Part shown: piece by piece, positions 59,422-64,000 of the stretch | Numbering within the stretch: position 1 is the stretch's first letter | Layout: the number at the start of each line of letters is the position of its first letter | DNA from: Hydrolagus affinis | Lineage: Eukaryota | Assembly (NCBI GenBank): GCA_012026655.1 | Contig: JAAILG010000005.1 | Coordinates: 62,001-126,000 of the forward strand | DNA: 64,000 bases | Direction: 5' to 3' | The notes under the pieces: generated by a model | Database searches by the model: none | What the model was told of the DNA's origin: nothing | Seen by the model: the letters and a program-made list of their open reading frames with translations, nothing else | Translations under genes and position numbers: made by a program

Positions 59422-62274
59422 AAGCCTCGTTGTTTTACGGAAGTATTAGCGAATTGAAGAAAAAGTGAGAATATGTTTTTGATAAAGTGTCAAAGTGATC
59501 ACTGTGAATGGTGGTTGCTGTAGTTGATGGCTCAGTCTCAGTCTCGTGCTACTCCAATGTCAAGCGCTCTGGAACGCTATCCTGCATGAGGGGCTCTGGT
59601 CAAATGCAAGTTGCTGTTGTACGCACAAGTGAAAGTGGTTTCTAGACCATACATACCAGAGTCACAGGCCCCACCAAATTATCACAGAGCAGCAGAAAAC
59701 CACCGCAACCGACCAGTTAGATCAGGTGAAATAACTCATGTAGCTAGAAGGCTCCTAAACGTCAAGGCTTCAAAATGCTGTTTTCAAAATAAACAATTTA
59801 CAAATCACATTTCCCTGGAAAGATTTATTGAAGCCCAAATGGTACCAGTTTTCCTTCCTGTACTATTATTGAACTTGTGGGAAAAGTCTCGCCTGGCATC
59901 CGCTACCCTGAACCTTTAATGGTTCTGTCAATGCATATGGACAGCTGCTGATAATCTTCAGATGTTGTTGTTATGTTGCTCAATATAATCTACATGTGCA
60001 TTACACAGCTAATCTTTCCCGAGAGCTTTGGCCTTTACTCACAGTCAACAGCAAATGCCACCATTACCTGACACAGACTTTCAGCACAAAGTCCTGCAAT
60101 GCAATACAGTGGTGCAAAATACTTTTACTATCAGGACCCAGCATTGTAAAACAAATAGGCGAACTACATGTCTTAATATTCTTCCCATTCAGCTCCGAAA
60201 AGAATATTCTGTGAGATCTGTTGTGTGCTCATCCCAAATAGTGCCATAGTGTAAAATCTTTGCCTTTTACATGAATATAATTGCGTTCCAAAGTTTACAT
60301 ATTCAGGGATTCAGTATTGAGAGATGGAATTTGCTGACGTTTCAGAAAGAAGTCAAAATGACGCTTAATTAACACAACACTGATGAAAGCTAAACTGCAG
60401 TTTCCTTTTTTTAGGCGGAACAGTTAGACTGACAGTATTGCACATTCTTCCTTGTATTGCTAAGAAAATATGTAAACCCAATTTTAAAACTGTGCTACAC
60501 CTACTGGACCTGTAAACAAATAGTATTGTTAATGCTTAACCACTTCAGGATATATGAGGGGAGGTATAAGTAAAATGCTGAAAAGTATTCAATCTGTCCA
60601 ACTCTTAAAAAAATATTTGAACCCAACATTTCAGCCACATGTTTTCAATTTTATTCCAAACCCTCCAACTCAATACTGTACTTTGGATTTGTTCAATCTT
60701 ATCGCTGTTGTCCACGGACATGATTGCATCATGTAGGTGGGCAGAATTTCTTTTAGTAAGTCTAAATTTCTATCTTATTATTGCTGGCTGAATAAAAGCT
60801 TCATTCATTTGTGTTTTAATTATATCAGATGATGCTTGGACAATGCTGAACATGGGATCAAACTGGATTGTCTTGAGATGTACACAACTTCGATTTTTTT
60901 TGTTAATGGGAACTAACACGTAACCAGACTGAGTCGCTTCTTTCAAGAAAGCAGCATCTCCTCGAATGACCTTGTCGTTCCTGCAGTTATATGCAAAATG
61001 ACGAGATAAGGATCTGTGGCCAGAGCGCAGTCTAATTATACTGATCCTTTACAAACATGACACAGCCCAGCGTATTCTCCTTTGATTAGAATGCAGAGAA
61101 AGGGACTCATTTATTGCTGCAAGTCACCAAGTTACAATAGGAGGAATTTCTCGGCATTCCAATGTCTGTCATTATGTGAGGAATGCTTCAGCTTTGCTCA
61201 TAATGTGGGGTCTCCTTTTTAAAAATAATATGACAGGCGACTGTGGTAGACCCGGCACTGCAATCAAATAAGTTGAAGTACATATCTTCCACTTGGTATC
61301 TTTCCCACAGTCCAGTATTTCACTTCTGTCTCCCAAAAGCTGTAAGAGAAAGAAGTCCAGTCTTATAAACAATTAGAATTTTTAAGCTGTCTCCAAAGTG
61401 CTTCCCAGAGTTAGAGGTACAAGAGTAATGGATATTCGAATTCCGACAATTTGTCATAATTAGCCCAATAGTTGGAGCGGTTAAATGAATAATTGCAAAC
61501 AAGGAGGTTTGAGTCTGGACACAAGGCTATTCGTCATGAGCTTGGTTGCCTCACATGATTGAGTTATCATTGTTTCTTGCCCAAGCTACTGGATGGATCA
61601 TTAATTGAAAAGATGCTATTCCACTTCCCCAAGTCATTAGTGAAATGAGAAAAGAGAACATCCAAGAAATATTTCCTTGCAACCTGAGGAAATACCTTCC
61701 TTAGATTGAGAACTCACTCCAGGAAGAATTACAACGTGTTCGACTGAGAAACTCATGTTGTCAAATCATACTACGTTTAAGTGCAATAGGAAAAACGGTA
61801 GTCAACAGATAAAGCCCTTTAATTGTCCGATGGAGATCACTTTAAAACTGACCAAACAGCAGGATCTTGGCAATTAAATGAGCATTCTGCTCATTCAATT
61901 TGTTTAACTGATGCATTTGAAAAAAACAATCATTACAGCAAACCATTCAGTTCCTATCTTACCACAATTATATGCACAGCAGCATTTAATTGAAGAAAAT
62001 GGCCAAAAAAGACTATTTGAAGGAACTGCATTAGCTTTACTTATCTGTCTAGTTGATGAGTCACTTCATTCTTCCGTCAAAGGCTTTAGGTTTTCTTGGG
62101 TGGGAACTATATGGGTATATATCAGATTGGGTATGTTAATGCAAAAATGTTAAATTGCAGGACAAAAACACTGGGAAGCTAGATGTAATGATGTCATATT
62201 TTGGTTATATCAATGGCCTGAATTTGTAAGCACATTCCTTATAATGAATTACACATTCATACATTGCAAGATGA

Positions 62275-62491
62275 GCTTTCTCAAGCAGAGAATGGTGAAA
62301 ATCCATGCAGGAAGCTTTGGTTGAAGCCAAGCTTGTCAATGTATTTAAGGGGAAACGTGATGCATACATGAGGGGAAAGGAATAGAGGAGTGTTAGGAAA
62401 GGGAATTAGTAGCCGTGGGTAGCTCATGTGGAGTTTTAACACCGGCTGAACCCAAAGGCTTGTTTCCGTGCTATAAAACTTTAATTCTATG
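62275..62491 (+). mobile_element. CR1 LINE 3' end
   Basis: gtatttaaggggaaacgtgatgcatacatgagggg...gctcatgtggag...tgtttccgtgctat...aattctatg; same family as 55256-55705. Confidence 0.8.
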
Positions 62492-63142
62492 CAAAATACG
62501 AAAGAGAGACCTCAACTTGTATACAATAAATAATGGATCCTCTGATTGTTTGGCATTAAATTGAAGTGTGCTGGGTTTCTTCGTATCATTTCGAAGAACT
62601 GAACTTGCGCAGCTTCATTAGAAAGCAACTACTTCCATATTTTTCCATTGATTGGTAGTATTTTGGGGGAGATTTTACAGCAGGCAGCAGTAAAAAAAGA
62701 AGCTTTTGTGCTTGTGGTGGATTCAATCCAGGCTACAATAAACACCTATATGGAGTTCGGACTCTGCATCAACAGCTTGCGTTAATGCAGAATTCCAGCA
62801 GTAATTAAGAAGCAATTAATCTCGGAATTAAATGGTCAGAATGGGAAGAAAACAGCCAAACTGCAATTTTTAAAATCTTCTGGTGATAAGCAGTACTTAC
62901 ATTACCCATGTCCATGTAATTACATTACATAGACATGGGTCTTAACGTTATATAAAAATATTATATACATTGTATCCCACTGAAATCTCACTCACAACAG
63001 CAGCAGCTTAATCGGAATGAAGGAATTACCAGGGTATCATCCCTTCAGAAGGAAGGTGATAGCCCCAAATAGCCTTTTCTTGTTTCAGGTTCCCTTAGAA
63101 TAACAGTACTGTACTTTCATTTGATTTAGCTAGAGCAGCAAT

Positions 63143-63356
63143 GATAATAATAATAATCCTTGCATTTGATATGCAATGCTGACTTTTGTATTTTCCATTT
63201 TTTTTTAGGTTTTTTTAAGTCAATTACATACTTGTCTTTGATGGTATTATATTTTGGACTGTTGAGTTCCAGGCAGTGTTGGATACAGTGAGGAAGAGAG
63301 TGCGCCCTTAACAAGAACAATCCTTGCATTTGATATCGCGCTTTTCACGTCTTCAA
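63143..63356 (-). mobile_element. Two short family A tail stubs (63143-63175, 63313-63356)
   Basis: aatccttgcatttgatat occurs twice. Confidence 0.75.
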
Positions 63357-64000
63357 GTCCCAGCAGGATAAAAAGATGGACAGCAAATAATTTTGTGGAT
63401 GTTATATTTAGATGGTACATAGTACGGCCAGAAATGACAGTGGTGTGGACACATGTCTCGCTAAATCGAACCTGGTGAACCTTTCTATACCAGGAGAATA
63501 GAAAGACTTGGTTGAAATTATAGGGAGGTACCTGAGGGGAAAAGCAGCAGATTTCTCATAACCTACTGTGATCTCCAAAAAGACTAGCTCTACATTTGAG
63601 ACACTGGGTTCCAGCACAGGCTGCAAGCGATCTACAGCCAGGAGACGCCGTGTGCAACATTCTGCCACTGGGCATTCTGTGCAGATGTTTTACATAGATA
63701 CAAAGCAGCAGCTTTTCTGTTCCTAACAGAAACAGCATCTGGCTTAAATGCTGGTAACTCACTTGTGCAGCTCTAGTGCATGGAAATCGTGCATGGAATT
63801 AACAGTTCGAAAACATGGCATATTGATTCGATTCCACAACATCATAGTTCCCTCAGTAGGCCATGACCATCTCTATATTTTCACGTTGTGTGAGGCAATA
63901 AACAAGGTGTTTTTTTCCCCGCAGTTTGTCAGATAATATTACAGCACGTGGCAGATTGTGTTGTTCAAGCTCATTTGGTAGCATTCTCACCTCTGGATCG

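Noticed and set aside
63408-63762. Coding exon near the window end
   Set aside because: Plus frame interrupted by two stops, minus ORFs unrecognisable, no clear splice sites

Overview
AT-rich, repeat-littered, almost entirely non-coding vertebrate DNA with one 100-N scaffold gap (38050-38149). The repeat mix points to a cartilaginous fish, plausibly a holocephalan (inference from remembered consensus sequences, no search run). It includes Deu-domain SacSINE1-like SINEs, many LFSINE_Vert-like SINEs, a younger tRNA-headed SINE ('family A') with an L2-type (ATT)n tail, and CR1, L2 and Tx1 LINE 3' fragments. The only credible host coding sequence is a plus-strand terminal exon at 935-1317, whose gene I could not name. 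The other ~62 kb look like gene desert or a large intron, with repeat-free blocks rich in homeodomain/TALE motifs that resemble conserved non-coding enhancers. Most ORFs in the supplied track are spurious or transposon-derived. The most distinctive structures are a perfect 52-bp palindrome capping a SINE 5' end (24942-24993), a hAT/Charlie-type MITE with TIRs and an 8-bp TSD (39310-39528), a Tx1 LINE 3' end (47320-47985), a CR1 nested in a DeuSINE (~50.3-50.9 kb), a TTAA-CCCTT piggyBac-like end abutting the gap, two family A subfamilies, and a possible antisense spliced non-coding transcript at 4.7-7.4 kb. I did not find convincing evidence of a new multi-gene biological system. Repeat boundaries are approximate (about +/-20 bp).
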